Source of the DNA: Massalongia carnosa
Lineage: Eukaryota
Length of the DNA: 64,000 nt
Assembly (NCBI GenBank): GCA_965645245.1
Contig: OZ287084.1
Span: 1,426,001 to 1,490,000, forward strand
Direction of reading: 5' to 3'
Shown: positions 1 through 12,158 of the stretch, piece after piece
Numbering within the stretch: the stretch's first letter is position 1
How the letters are laid out: every line of letters begins with the position of its first letter
The notes under the pieces: generated by a model
Databases searched by the model: none
What the model was told of the DNA's origin: nothing
What the model saw: the letters and a program-made list of their open reading frames with translations, nothing else
Translations under genes and position numbers: made by a program

Positions 1-298
1 ACAACGACCCTTCTGCCTTCTCGTAAACCTTAATTGCCTATTTTAAACGTTCTCTAACCTCGTCTTTCAAGGTAGTACGCAATCCCGATTTTGTAACTCG
101 AAACTGCCGAGAAGAAGCCATTTCAGCGGTGTAATTTATCGATAATCAGCTATTATGATAATTATAATACCCTTTACCTTATTAAATCAGTTTTAGGGTT
201 TTCTTCAATAAGTTGTAGAAGAGATAACGGTTGAAAGTAAGTTTCGTGGTTTTGTTAGTTCCGAATAAGCGGGTGTTCCGAATACAGGTGAATTACGT
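1..298 (-). mobile_element. 5' end of a degenerate Fot1/pogo-like DNA transposon (TIR plus transposase N-terminus), continuing beyond the window
   Basis: Minus strand begins TA|ACGTAATTCACCTGTATTCGGAACACCCGCTTATTCGGAAC: ACGTAAT terminus, duplicated TATTCGGAAC, TA at 299-300. ATG at 121 gives MASSRQ...RERLK*AIKVYEKAEGSL, with an in-frame TAG at 38-40. Confidence 0.6.
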
Positions 299-1789
299 TA
301 TTTTCAATTGGTCTGCGTTATAGAATAATAAAGAATTAATGAAAAAGAAAAATCTTGTGATATTTTAATTTTCATCGCGAATCGTTAGATTGCTTTTCGA
401 TTTATAACTAAATTGTGCAACGATTATTTAAAAAGTTTTTTAATTAATTAGTAATTTATCTCGAGATTTTTCTTTACGTAAATTGTGCGTTAGTCTTTGA
501 TATAAAACTGTATCCAACGCATCGACGACGTTTATGCTGAAAAGTATGACTACTTTATCTTTTTCTTGTCATTAAATCGCGTGAACCTGTTCGATTAATA
601 ACTTTAGAGCTGATTCTGAAAATTTGTTATTTCTCGCTCTTATCTGTGTGTCGGGTAGAAGTCGATGTGATTTCGCTACATAGATTATTTTTGATCTAGT
701 TTAAAGAAGTATCTCATCGCAGGTGATCGCATTGACTATATTGTCTAGTTACACAGTAAGGGGTTTATTGAAATTATCTCTCCGTGTTCAATGAACCCGG
801 CTTAGCACCGATTGAGTGATACCCCCCCGTGACGCTAAATGTCGGGGGTATCAAGGAGCAGCCGCCAACTAACAGATCTTATAATAGATTTTATTACTTT
901 GTTGAATAATGCAATTAATCGATAAGTCTTCGGCGTAATATAATTTCCTTTGTCTATACGCACGTCTGAAACAAAGATATTAATAATTCAATAAGTTTTT
1001 CCGCGCATGTCTTGAATACTCTATTAAATATGTCGTCCGGACTCGATGCTTTATCGAGTTTGAGTCTATGTAGGATCTTCGATACTTCTGATCTGATGAT
1101 GACAATGCGACAATGCTGAATAAAAGAATTCTTTTTTGGCTCTTAAGTCGATCGATAATAATGCTCCAAAGAAAATGCTTCTTGTTACGGTCTACCTAGA
1201 GGCTAGTCATAGGGACGCCATGAACGAGGGCGGTGAAGATAAAGAGGAAAGAAAGACTCGAAAATTTGGACTCGTTCCCTATAAAGCAACGCGCTCTATA
1301 GTCCCCATTTGTCAAGGACTGGGTTGGGAATTGAACTAATGTTCCTAGGAATTGGATTGGATGATCAAGATGTCTTTATTAATGAGGCTATAGCTAGGAG
1401 GTGGTTTGCTATACAAGACGTCGGACGAGGAGTCAGCTATCTACTGGATATGTCCTCTTTTTATACCTGAGCCAGCCCCTTCTTTCTCATGTTTACCTTC
1501 ACCCTAGATGAGAGATTTGGGTGATGGTGGCGGCGATAAGGTGGAGCGATAAGTGGGCCAGTGGATGTGATCGTTCTAGCGATAAGAGGGTGTAGTGGAG
1601 TGAGGAGATTGGTGGAGTGGAGTAAGGGGTTTATTCAGACTCATACCGAGGATGAATCTGAATAGGCTTTCAGGTGGCTTTTACCTCGATCGCCGCTTGG
1701 CGGTTCGGGGTAATCAATTGGGTTTTAACTCAAACTTTACTTCATGACAGTAGCTCCCCCTTCGAAGGCTGAGCTCCTGCGATGCTGGT

Positions 1790-4700
1790 TCAGTCATGAC
1801 ACTGACATCGAGGAATGAGACAAGGGATTATGTGAGGCCCTATGGCATGAGGGTAAGCTTCATGAAATTCATCGATTGCTTGCTGACAATTGGTTAGCAG
1901 GTTAAAAGGTTCCCATGTCATAGGATGTCCTTCCCAATTCACAAGATATTTGAGGAGCGGTGGTTGATAACGTCGATCCGTCTTTGAGTTGAGAATACTG
2001 TTGACATACCACTCGCGTTGACTGTCTGTACCGACTATAGGGTTTCGAGGTTCGTGAAGTTGGCCAGGAAGAGGATCGTCTGCATCGTGCTGCAGAAGGT
2101 TGACATGAAAAACGGGATGAACTTGTAGCGTGTCGGGAAGTTCAAGCTGAACGATAAGAGGATTGGAAAATACTTTGGTGACCCTATAGGGGCCGGCGTG
2201 TCGATCATTCAGTTTGGCTGCCGGTCGGGCTGTCTGAATGTTTCGAGTATTTAACCATACCATATCATCCACGAGATAGCGGGGGCACCGGCGACGATTC
2301 TCGTTAGCGGTGGCTTCGTAGGAGGCTTGTGCGATTAACATTTCGTCATGAAGATGAGCATCTACATCCTTCATCTTATCCACGAACTGATTAGCGGCAA
2401 CTAGGTTGGCTCTTCCTTGAGCGGTCAGATCATGGGGTAGAGGTTCTTCGGGCTCGAATCCTACTCGAGGATGTTGTCCGTGATTGGCTAGGAAGGGAGA
2501 AGCGAGGATACTGGAGGAGTCGGTGTTGTTGCTAGCGAATTCAGCACCTGGTAAGTACTGAGCCCAGTCGTCTTGCATATAATTGACATAGGCTCGAAGA
2601 TAGTGCTCCATGGTCGCATTAGCCCTTTCGGTTTGGCCGTCGGTTTCAGGGTGAAAGCTGGTTGATAACCTAGCATCAATCTTAAGACGTTTACACATGA
2701 GTTCCCAGAAGTCGGAGGTGAACTGAGTGCCTCGATCGGAAGTCAAGGCGTCGGGGAGTCCGTGTAATTTCCACACGTTCTGATAGAAGGAGTTGGCAGC
2801 TTCTTCTGCCTCCATGGAGGTGGTAGGGACAAAGTGTCGCATCTTGGAGAGACGGTCGATGAAGACCAGAACATATCGATAGGTGACACCCATGAAGGTA
2901 CTAGGAGGCAGTGGTCCTACATAGTCCATAGAGACATCACGCCATCGACGTTCAGGCGGGGATAGAGGGCGCAGCCAGCCTTGATATCGTTGACGGGACG
3001 GTTTGGATCGCTTACAGGTGTGACAGTTGCGAATGAATCTTTTTACGGTTTGATGCATATTGGGCCACCAGTACGATCGACTCATCAACTCATAACACTT
3101 GGAGCGGCCAGGATGACCACCCGCTACACTGTCGTGGGCATGCTGGATGAGACGATGTCTCAGGCGATCTGACTTGGGTACGTACTTGCGATCGCGAAAA
3201 TAAAGAACTCCATCTCTATTCTCACACTCGGCTAGCTGAATTTTAGGATGATGACGGACGTTGTCATGGAGTGCGTCTAGGATTTTTGATGCGAATTGAT
3301 CTCGAAGTTGAGCCTGTTCCCATAACAGTTGAGTGGGGACATCTAGAGGGTCTTGATCGGGATCGACTTGATCGGTAGGTTGATCCAACTGGGGTTCGTC
3401 AGCTCGGTCGGGTTCGATGAACTCGGGATCGGGTTCAATGAACTCGTGGTCGGGTTCGATGAACGTAGGGGCTAGCATTATGGTGGAGAGGAAGCTTGCT
3501 GCAACTTTATCATCTAGGTTGTGAGTTTTCAGTATGGTTTGATGCTGGTATTTTTGTCTTTCGTCGGTTTCATCCCCCTCTTTAGGGAGATCTCCTGATC
3601 GACGAGTTAATGCATCTGGCTTTCCTCCAGCTTTTCCGGGTCGATAGACTATTTTAAAGTCAAAACGAGACAAGAATTCAGACCAACGGGCCTGTCTGCG
3701 ACTGAGCTGCTTGGTGGAAGCGAAGTATTCCAAGTTTTTATGGTCTGAAATTACGCTAATGGGAAAAGCAGAGCCTTCCAGCTCGGGTCTCTATTCTTCA
3801 AAGCAACGGACGATGGCCATTAACTCTTTGTCGTAGATCTCGTAGTTGCATTCGGCCGGATTGTGTTTTTTGGAGAAGTAGGCGATGGGGCGCAGCACGT
3901 TTTCATCATCATATTGCGAGAGAATACCAGCGGAGACATAATCGGAAGCGTCAGTTTCGACGATGATGGGTTTGTCAGGGTTGAAATGCAGAAGCACTTT
4001 TTCGGAGGTAAAAGCCTTTTTGAGAGTATTGAAAGCTTGCTGACATCGATCAGTCCAGTTGAACTCGACTTCCTTCTTGGTTAGATTCGTTAGTGGACCG
4101 GCTATATTACTGAAGCCATAGATGAATCTTCTATAGAAGTTAGCGAATCCCAAAAAGCTTTGAACATCCTTCATGTTGATCGGGGTTGGCCAGTTGGTTA
4201 CGGTTTCGACTTTGGCAGGATCCATTCTGATACCCTCGGTGGTTACAATTAATCCTAGATATGCAACTTCTTTCCTAGATATGCAACTTCTTTAACATGG
4301 AATTTGGATTTGGTGATGTCGCATTGTAGCCCGTTTTCTATCAATTTGTTGAGAACTCTTCTGACATGGATCTCGTGTTCGCCTTCGATTTCACTATAGA
4401 TAAGGATATCATCGAGATAGGCTGTACAGAAATCGTCAAGAAATTCTCGAAGAATGTCGTTGATGAAATGTTGAAAAGAGGCGGGTCCGTTGCACAGACC
4501 GAAAGGCAAGACCAGGGATTCGAATAGGCCGAAACGAGTTCGAAAGGCGGTGAGTTCCTCATCCCCCTCTTTGATTCGAAGGCGATTAAAGGCTGCAATG
4601 ATATCTAACTTGGTGAATATCTTGGCCCTGGCTAATCGATGCAGGGTTTCAGCAATCAGGGCAAGTGGATATCGATTTTTTACGGTGACTGCATTGAGAC

Positions 4701-6303
4701 CTCGATAGTCCACGCAAAAGCGAAGTCCTCCTCCCGGCTTTTTTACGAACATAACCGGGGACGCGGCGGGCGATTTGCTCGCTCGAATGAAACCTTTAGC
4801 CAGGTTCTCATCCAGATAGCGACGAAGTTCTTGAATCTCATCACGGCTCATGCCGTAAAGAGCTTGATTGGGTGCCTGAAAGCCTTCTTTTAGCTTGATG
4901 GCATGGTCATAGGGTCGATGATCGGCTAAGACGTCAGAGTCTTTTTTGGAAAAGGCGTGCAATAAGTCGTGGTATTGCTTGGGAAGGAGGAGGGCTGGAT
5001 CGACGTTTTTCTGCTTGCGATATTCGTCTAATTCTTGGGAGGTCACTGATGTCTGCAGTGTCAGGGCTTGGTTCATGCGAAACAGGGCTAGATGAAGTTC
5101 CTTTTCACTAGGACTGTGACGCGGGTTGGGTTGATAGGTTGGTTTCGGTTTATTCAGACTGCTATGGCGACTGAATTCGGTTGCGGATTGGATTTCGGTT
5201 TTGGGTTCGGTTGGGGCCACTCCGAGGAATCGATCGATTTCTTTCAAGGAGAGGCTAAACATCTCGTGGTTTTCTTTGCGTCCGAGACAATTGAAGTTCA
5301 TGGCGCTTATCTCGCAGATGTCCATGACTGAGGGTTTGATTTTTTGCTGAGCGGCGCGTCTTTCGACCGAAGTTCGTTTGGAGGAGGGGCTTCGGTATCG
5401 AATTTTTGGTGGGTTGCCTTGTTCAATCGCTTTTTCAATGCGACTGACGTCTTTCATCTCCTCCTTCACGGAGGTCTCCTGGCCGACGTTTTCGGGCGTG
5501 ATTGTGATTGTTGAGGTTTCAATTGAGGTTTCAATTGAGGCTGGATTTATTTCCTCGGATTTCCACACCTCCTGACTTTCAGCAGGCGAAAGAAATTCTT
5601 CCTCAGTATGAGCTTGTACTTTGACCGGACGAGGAGAGCAGTGAGCGAGGCAGAAAGGAGACGCCAATGATAGAGAGTTGGTGTTGAAATCGATATGGGC
5701 TTGATGCCGACGCAGCCACGGGTGTCCGAGAACAATGGGGTATGTTTTCAATCTAGTTACGAAGAGAAACATTTTTTCCGTGTGTCCGTTTAGATCCATG
5801 ATTACTTCGGCCGCATGAGTGATGTTTCCAGTCAGGGCCGGTTGACCGTCAAAACCTTCGAGGCGTCGAGCGTATTTCAGAGGATGAAGAGGGATTTGAT
5901 TAGTTTGCGCGAATTTCTTGTCAATGAATGCATAGCCGGATGCACCACAGTCAATCAAACTAAGAGTTTGAATTCGAGATCTACCGAGACGTAAAGTACA
6001 TGAAACCACTAAGTGGCTATCTCTAAACGCCTCTTCAGACTCAAATTGCTCCAAAGCGGTTGCTGCAGAAAAGCGAGTGTTTGATCGGAGGGGGGAGAAA
6101 AAGAATTGGCTAGCAGACAAGAAGAAATGAAAAATGGTTCCTGCGCGCGACGATGCGCAGGACCTAGGCTTTTTTCGAGTCTTCGAGCTCGGAAATGGAG
6201 GTCGTATCTGATGAGCGAAGACTGGTTTTCTTATTAAGACAGTCGATGGCTGTCTTCCCCGGGTGTTTTTGCTTGCAATAATGGCAGAGATTCCATTTAT
6301 CAC
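1790..6303 (-). pseudogene. pol: gypsy-1 pol (protease, RT, RNase H, integrase, chromodomain), disrupted
   Basis: LIDCGASG protease, AYLDD RT, ETDASD RNase H, HHCC/DDE integrase and C-terminal chromodomain. A 20-bp tandem duplication (4253-4292) causes a frameshift, and EEW reads EE* (TAG) at 3791-3793. Confidence 0.93.
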
Positions 6304-7321
6304 AGATATCCCTCACCCCTTCCGTTTTCAGAGATTTACCTTTGACGGCTGCCATAGCCTGGCTCAGGTCCATGGGATCTCCGATAGAAGAAGTTGGGAC
6401 TGGTGCGGAAGGGATATCCGGTATGCGAGCAAGGGGTGCGGCGAGAGTGATGGTCGCGTTATCCTTTCGCTGAGACGAGGTGGTTGTGGATGTCGGGATA
6501 GTCCTGTTGTTGGGAGCCAGGTGTTTGATCTGGCGAATTTTCCGATCGGTATTCAACCACATTGCGACATGTTGATCGAAGGTGACTGGTTCCAGGTTGG
6601 TTCCGGGGACTCGATAGTGGACGGCGGCGGCTTGAATGACATAATTGATGTTGGACTTCATGGCATCAATTAGAGAAGCATCCTCCATTTTGGAGCGATC
6701 CTTTTTCTGGGCGAATAGGTTATAGTACTCTTCGAAACTCAGAGTACCCTGTTTAAGGGTTTCGCGAAGATACTTGCGAGCATCTTCCTGCTCGAAGGGG
6801 TTACCGCAAGCCTTACGAAGAGCGGTACGCCATTCGAAGAAGGTCTTCAGCGTGCAGATGCCGTCTAATCGATAGGCGTTCATGAGGTTGTGAGCTCTTT
6901 TCCCAATGGTGAGTCGGTTCTCCGCATAGGCGATCTTGGCGACGTCGGTTGGATAACGATCATGATTAACATGCATTCGTTGGATCAGGCTTTGTTCCCA
7001 GGAGTCCAATTTGGCTTCCTCACCATCGTATTCGGAGATGTCAGGGAGCTTCTCGGAACGGATATCGACGGGTTTCTTGGCTAAGAGGATCTTCATCACC
7101 TCAGCCAGATGAGAGTCCAAGGTGGGATTGATAGCGGGAGCGGGGACGGGAGTGGGGACAGGAGCCTGAGTCGACAAAGCATCGATTCGTCGATGAAGTT
7201 CCGCATTCTCGGCTTGCATGCGAGCGATGCTATCAACGAGTCCTTGAGGGTTGTCGTTGATATGTCCTTGAAGATATTCTGCGGCGGTTTGAGTTGATTT
7301 GGTATCCATTTGATCAGTCAT
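6164..7321 (-). CDS. gag: gypsy-1 Gag
   Basis: 385 aa next to the 5' LTR; GDPMDLS motif and CHYCKQKH...C zinc knuckle. Confidence 0.9.
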   Translation of the reverse strand: MTDQMDTKSTQTAAEYLQGHINDNPQGLVDSIARMQAENAELHRRIDALSTQAPVPTPVPAPAINPTLDSHLAEVMKILLAKKPVDIRSEKLPDISEYDGEEAKLDSWEQSLIQRMHVNHDRYPTDVAKIAYAENRLTIGKRAHNLMNAYRLDGICTLKTFFEWRTALRKACGNPFEQEDARKYLRETLKQGTLSFEEYYNLFAQKKDRSKMEDASLIDAMKSNINYVIQAAAVHYRVPGTNLEPVTFDQHVAMWLNTDRKIRQIKHLAPNNRTIPTSTTTSSQRKDNATITLAAPLARIPDIPSAPVPTSSIGDPMDLSQAMAAVKGKSLKTEGVRDICDKWNLCHYCKQKHPGKTAIDCLNKKTSLRSSDTTSISELEDSKKA

Positions 7322-8413
7322 GACGATGGATTATAGGAGAGGAGATAGATCGAAGAAAAAATGCTTTGGAGGGCACTTATAATGATCAGGTCCGACGTAA
7401 TGTCAAGGACTGGGTTGGGAATTGAACTAATGTTCCTAGGAATTGGATTGGATGATCAAGATGTCTTTATTAATGAGGCTATAGCTAGGAGGTGGTTTGC
7501 TATACAAGACGTCGGACGAGGAGTCAGCTATCTACTGGCTATGTCCTCTTTTATACCTGAGCCAGCCCCTTCTTTCTCATGTTTACCTTCACCCTAGATG
7601 AGAGATTTGGGTGATGGTGGCGGCGATAAGGTGGAGCGATAAGTGGGCCAGTGGATGTGATCGTTCTAGCGATAAGAGGGTGTAGTGGAGTGAGGAGATT
7701 GGTGGAGTGGAGTAAGGGGTTTATTCAGACTCATACCGAGGATGAATCTGAATAGGCTTTCAGGTGGCTTTTACCTCGATCGCCGCTTGGCGGTTCGGGG
7801 TAATCAATTGGGTTTTAACTCAAACTTTATTTCATGACACCATTCAGTAAGGTCGCGAAAGAGTTTTCCGCGCTATCTCGTGACTCCTGCCGGCCGGCCG
7901 ACGGGTCCGTCTACGGTTTCCGTAGGTGCTCGATTAGGCTTAGTTCCTAAAGGCAAAAGGTAGAATCGTGACACTTCTCAGCATTTCTGTAAAGGTAATC
8001 ATTATAATAAGGGTGTGTAAAACGATGTCAATTGAAACATGCGAGCAAGCTCGTCTATATACTACTAATCTAGACTAGTCCCAATCTGGATCTGCTCCTA
8101 TCATGGAATGACCAAAGAGTTAAGCCGGGCTTATTACGGAGATAAGCAAGTGTTAGAGTACGAAAGTGTCACGGTCGGTAGGCAGAGGTCCTATCCATGT
8201 GGTGAACAGTGCTTTATTACGAAGTATGCTACATGATAGCTAGACAAGACGAACACGAAGAGAAAAGCATTGCTTGCTTGCAGAGATTTCCTATGTCTCC
8301 TGAATGACATCCTAAGCTCAATGCGGTTAGACTGCAGGAGCGCGGAAAAGGCAACACTCGAGCTGGTCCGTGAAACCGAGCTAAACCTTAATGGTTCACC
8401 TACGGAAACTGTA

Positions 8414-10287
8414 CGGAGGCGAATCTCAAAAGTAATGATAATACGCTAAAGACTAGCGCCGTAATTTAGATTTTCCATACCGAGCCTGAAATTCTACCAA
8501 CTATCTACAAATGCCATTACCAACCATCTAATCAACGTCTTTTTGGTCTGAAACTGGCTGCAGTACGAACCACCTTTTGAATGCGTGGGGGAAGGTGATT
8601 TTTCGGAGATAAAACGGCTCTTTTTCTCAATAAGGGGGGTGTCAATGGCTTCTGTGTAGGGGGCTCAGGGGTAACTGCCCTGACATTCAACGGGCTGGGT
8701 GTATCATCATTTGATTGTCTGGATGATGGTCTCGTTGACGCTACAGAAGAAGAAGAAGAAGAAGAAGAAGAAGAAGCTGGTTTTGCTGTATTACTGAGCA
8801 ATTCTTCCCTCAGCTGTTGAAGTCGCATTTTTCCTTCTTTGGTCCGTCCATGAACGTCCAAACGTCCTTCGCAATACTCATTTCCACCTTCCAATTCAAT
8901 GACTTTTGCAATGTGAAGTGGAATTATTTCAATCCATGCCTGAATATTCTCCTGAGGTAGATCGTCCCAAGTGCGATGCCACATAGATTCAGCAATTAAC
9001 CGAGAACTAGGAGGACCTTTGGCAGTTGTACGTCGCTTCATCCAGGGCCAGCAGGGTTCAATCATGTTGAGATCAGGAGAATTTCCGGGCCATAAAAGAC
9101 GCTCGATGCCATGACGAGAGAAGATGGGAATCTGATGCTTGGAAGCATGAGACGGAGCCTTATCTTCCTGTACGATCATTTCAGACAATCCGGCTTCTCT
9201 TCTTTTTGCATTGCATTGCTGAGCAAAAGGAATCAGTTTTGGCAGAAGTTTGACGTTTTGATACCGCCACCAATCAATGCCTCCTTTACCTTCTTTTCTG
9301 ATCATCTTTCCATGTTTCTCATCCCATTTCCATTGCGGCTTTTTTCCTGGTAAATTGCGAGTTGAAAGACGTCTCATTCCATTGGTCAGCTCCCAATTTA
9401 TTCTCTCACTGGCTTCCAATGCAGCATTCATCTCGTCAAGCTTGGTTTTGGCTTCCGCTTTTTCCGCTTATGTCTCCGGTTTCCAGCAATGACATGGCCC
9501 CTTCCAATCGTAGGAAAAGCATCCCCAAAACAAGAATTCATGAGCCCCATGCCACCTAGCACGTACGGTGGATTTGACTGGTCTTCTTCCTTCCTTGGTT
9601 GTAAGCCAAATTTTGACAGCTCCGCGACGGTGACCAAGCACTATTGCTGTTTCATCTGACCAAATAACCCGCTTCCAATCCTCCACGGTCCAGTCTTTAT
9701 ACAGGAGACAAAAAGCCAGTCGAGCCGCTTTCATTTCAGGAGTAAGCCCTGGTCTATACGACGGTTTGACTTTTTTATAGCCTCTTTGTTTCAGGATTCT
9801 CCACACGGTGCATCTGGACAGTCCAACTTCTCTTGCCAACTGGGCACTGGTTTTTTCACGGGCGTATCTGTCTTTTATAACTAGATCAATGACTTCATCT
9901 TCTTTCTCAGCAGTAGCCTTTCTCGGTCGACCAGATTTTTCTTCATGACGGGCGTATTTATCAAGCACCTGCAAAGAAATGGCGGGATCAAATCCTCGAT
10001 CCCTGGCAATGCGACGAATACGATAAATGTTGGGGACAGAATAACCTGTAGTAGCTGCAATAAATTCAATTGAGGCCGGGGTGCAATAAGACAACGTCAA
10101 GACCTGAGCCCGCAAAGAAATATCAGCTGATTTATTGACCATGATGATGATTTGATCAAATGTTGGTTCGTAAATGATTTGGGATGAGAAAAGGGGAAAG
10201 AAAAGGGGAAAATTTGCTCGGTACGGAAAGTTTAAATTACGGCACTAGCTTTTAGCGTATTATCATTACTTTTGAGATTCGCCTCTG
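8414..10287 (-). mobile_element. Tc1/mariner DNA transposon (Tc1-1)
   Basis: ~70-bp imperfect TIRs (C[A/G]GAGGCGAATCTCAAAAGTAATGATAATACGCTAAA...); TA TSD at 8412-8413 and 10288-10289. Confidence 0.93.
8532..10142 (-). pseudogene. Tc1-like DD34E transposase with one in-frame TAA (9468-9470)
   Basis: HTH with SGRPRK, WSDET, and QEDKAPSH...WPGNSPDLNMIE (34 residues between D and E). The two ORFs share a frame. Confidence 0.9.
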
Positions 10288-10356
10288 TAGATAGAAGTTC
10301 AATGAACCTTCAGGTGTTCAGTTCACACAATGACAGAAAGCATGCTATGTTATATT

Positions 10357-10682
10357 TGTGACGAAGCGAGATAGTGAATAGATTTCTACCATTGCGCCAC
10401 CTGTCCTTCCCGACCAAAAGGCACAATACTTAGTCCGCAGACCAAGCTCTATTCTACTATAACTGGGACTCCTGCTATGTTCGCTGTAGGTCCTGCCGTC
10501 CGCACCACGTTTGGTCGAACCGTTACAGCGGAAGAACGTCTGAACACATGTGGTGAGGTAGATAGTTCGGAATAACGGGCCATGGTTCCATTCAACATGC
10601 AGGGCAGGTTTCACGGCAAGAGAGCCTGTTAAATACTAACCCGATCAGGAAACGTAGGAGGGTGCGAGGTAATTCCATGACA
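10357..10682. repeat. LTR-derived fragment; its last ~155 bp match the 3' end of the solo LTR at 22424-22913
   Basis: GCGGAAGAACGTCTGAACACATG...AATTCCATGACA shared with 22755-22913. No clean TSD, and the left boundary is uncertain. Confidence 0.6.
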
Positions 10683-10799
10683 TGTCCTGATTGACTAATT
10701 TCTGACCATGGGAGGGGTTGGCCCATTAAACCAGGTCCTTTCGAATGAAAAGAAAAGATACATAATATATGCAAACGTCATTAAAGCTTATGTATCCTT

Positions 10800-11262
10800 T
10801 CTCAGAAATCAATTGAATCGGGAATTTAATTCTCCTCCTTATCCTTCAACTCGTCATTACTTGCATGTTCTGTTATATGACCTTCGAATTCATCTTCCAT
10901 TACATATTCCATGTCTTCAAAAGCAATCTTTTCAACCCCTACCGCCTCCTTCATCCGATTCACGTCTGAATGAGTTTTAAACCTCCATCCTTTTGCTGCT
11001 TCTAGGTGGTCTCTACATAACTAACAGCAGCTAATTTCTGCTCTCTGTTGTAGGAAATACGTCGTCGCACCCCATTCTCGTCATCGAAAGTATTGTTAAT
11101 TAAATTGTGACCTTCCACCTCGCGATGAAGACTAAACTGTCCCATAATCTGAGTCTCCTGATCTCCAAAGAAAGAGGTCGGTACGATGGACATGGAAGGC
11201 TGAATATATACGTTTTTAGTAATTCGGGCCTGATTTATGCTGCGAAGACTTAAAGACTTCAC
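10800..11262 (-). pseudogene. Internally deleted pogo-like transposase relic (probable host of the AcademH insertion; probable terminus at 17820)
   Basis: RRRISYNREQKLAAVSYVETT resembles a pogo/CENP-B-type N-terminal HTH and is followed by an acidic tail. TIR-like end AGGGTTTTATCTGTCAAATAATTCTG|TA at 17795-17822. Confidence 0.45.
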
Positions 11263-12158
11263 AGCAGGCCCAGGACGAGGCTGTAAGAACCACTATCCAG
11301 GGAAGACGAATAGTAGTCAGCTACCTAAGAGTCTAAGCATGAAGAAGAGAAATCTATCTACAAAGAAGAATGTGAAATCTATATGCCCCGTTTGCCCTTC
11401 TTCTCGAAGTTTCCATCCGGCTCTAGAAGCTTATCTCCGAAGCTTCGGTCGGAAAGAGCCGTTGGATTTAGCGCTCCCACACCCGAGTCCTGACAGAGGC
11501 AGTTTTGAAGCCAGCATAAGATTCTGATATGAGGAGGAGTCATAAAAATAAGAAGAATATGAGTTGCTGAACTGAGTCAACAACGTTGTTTTTCGAGACA
11601 AGAGATTAAAAAATGCACGCAGTTCAGGAGGGTGCACGATGCAAATTTAGTGCGCGTTTTTGCCTCAGTACCTCAGACGTGCGTGGCTCAATGAGCCGGC
11701 TAAGCCCCTCCGGGTTAGCCTATTTTCGCTAAGCCCCTTCGGGTTAGCGTCGCTGCTGACTAACATCAGTGCGATAGCACGTCTGAGCGCAAAACTCAAA
11801 ATTACGGCCAGATCCGCGTAATAAAAATTTTAGCAGTGCAACCATTCCTTTTATGGATTTAATACAATGATTAGGGTCGTATTAGTTTACCAGAGACTGT
11901 ATTTTATACCAAAAACGCACCTCTCAAGATGGATGACTCGATTATCATGTGTTATAACTACTGTCAGGCTAAGAAAAGCGATGTGAAAGTCGATTAAGTG
12001 ATAAATTGTTCGCTTTCGCTCAATTTTGAGGTTGATGAACTGATTATTTTCATGTGGCGCGATTACATTGAGTTACAAAGATCATGATGATATGAATAAC
12101 GACGGCCAATCAATGGTATTGTATGATTTATCTAGATTGAAGCTATCTGACGAAAGCC

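Larger units (their letters stand above)
1310..7839 (-). mobile_element. Full-length Ty3/gypsy chromovirus LTR retrotransposon (gypsy-1), pol inactivated
   Basis: LTRs 1310-1749 and 7401-7839 (TG..CA, about 3 differences); TSD CCATT at 1305-1309 and 7840-7844; PPT next to 1750; gag plus PR-RT-RH-INT-chromodomain. Confidence 0.97.
1183..7973. repeat. Solo LTR (~256 bp: 1183-1309 + 7845-7973) split by a gypsy insertion
   Basis: TGTTAC...GTGACA termini; 5-bp TSD CTTCT at 1178-1182 and 7974-7978. Confidence 0.8.
8167..10335. repeat. Solo LTR (~293 bp: 8167-8413 + 10290-10335) split by a Tc1 insertion
   Basis: TGTCA...TGACA termini; 5-bp TSD GAAAG at 8162-8166 and 10336-10340. Confidence 0.8.

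Noticed and set aside
8745..8776. (GAA)n microsatellite
   Set aside because: Encodes a poly-Ser tract in the low-complexity tail of the Tc1-1 transposase; unremarkable.
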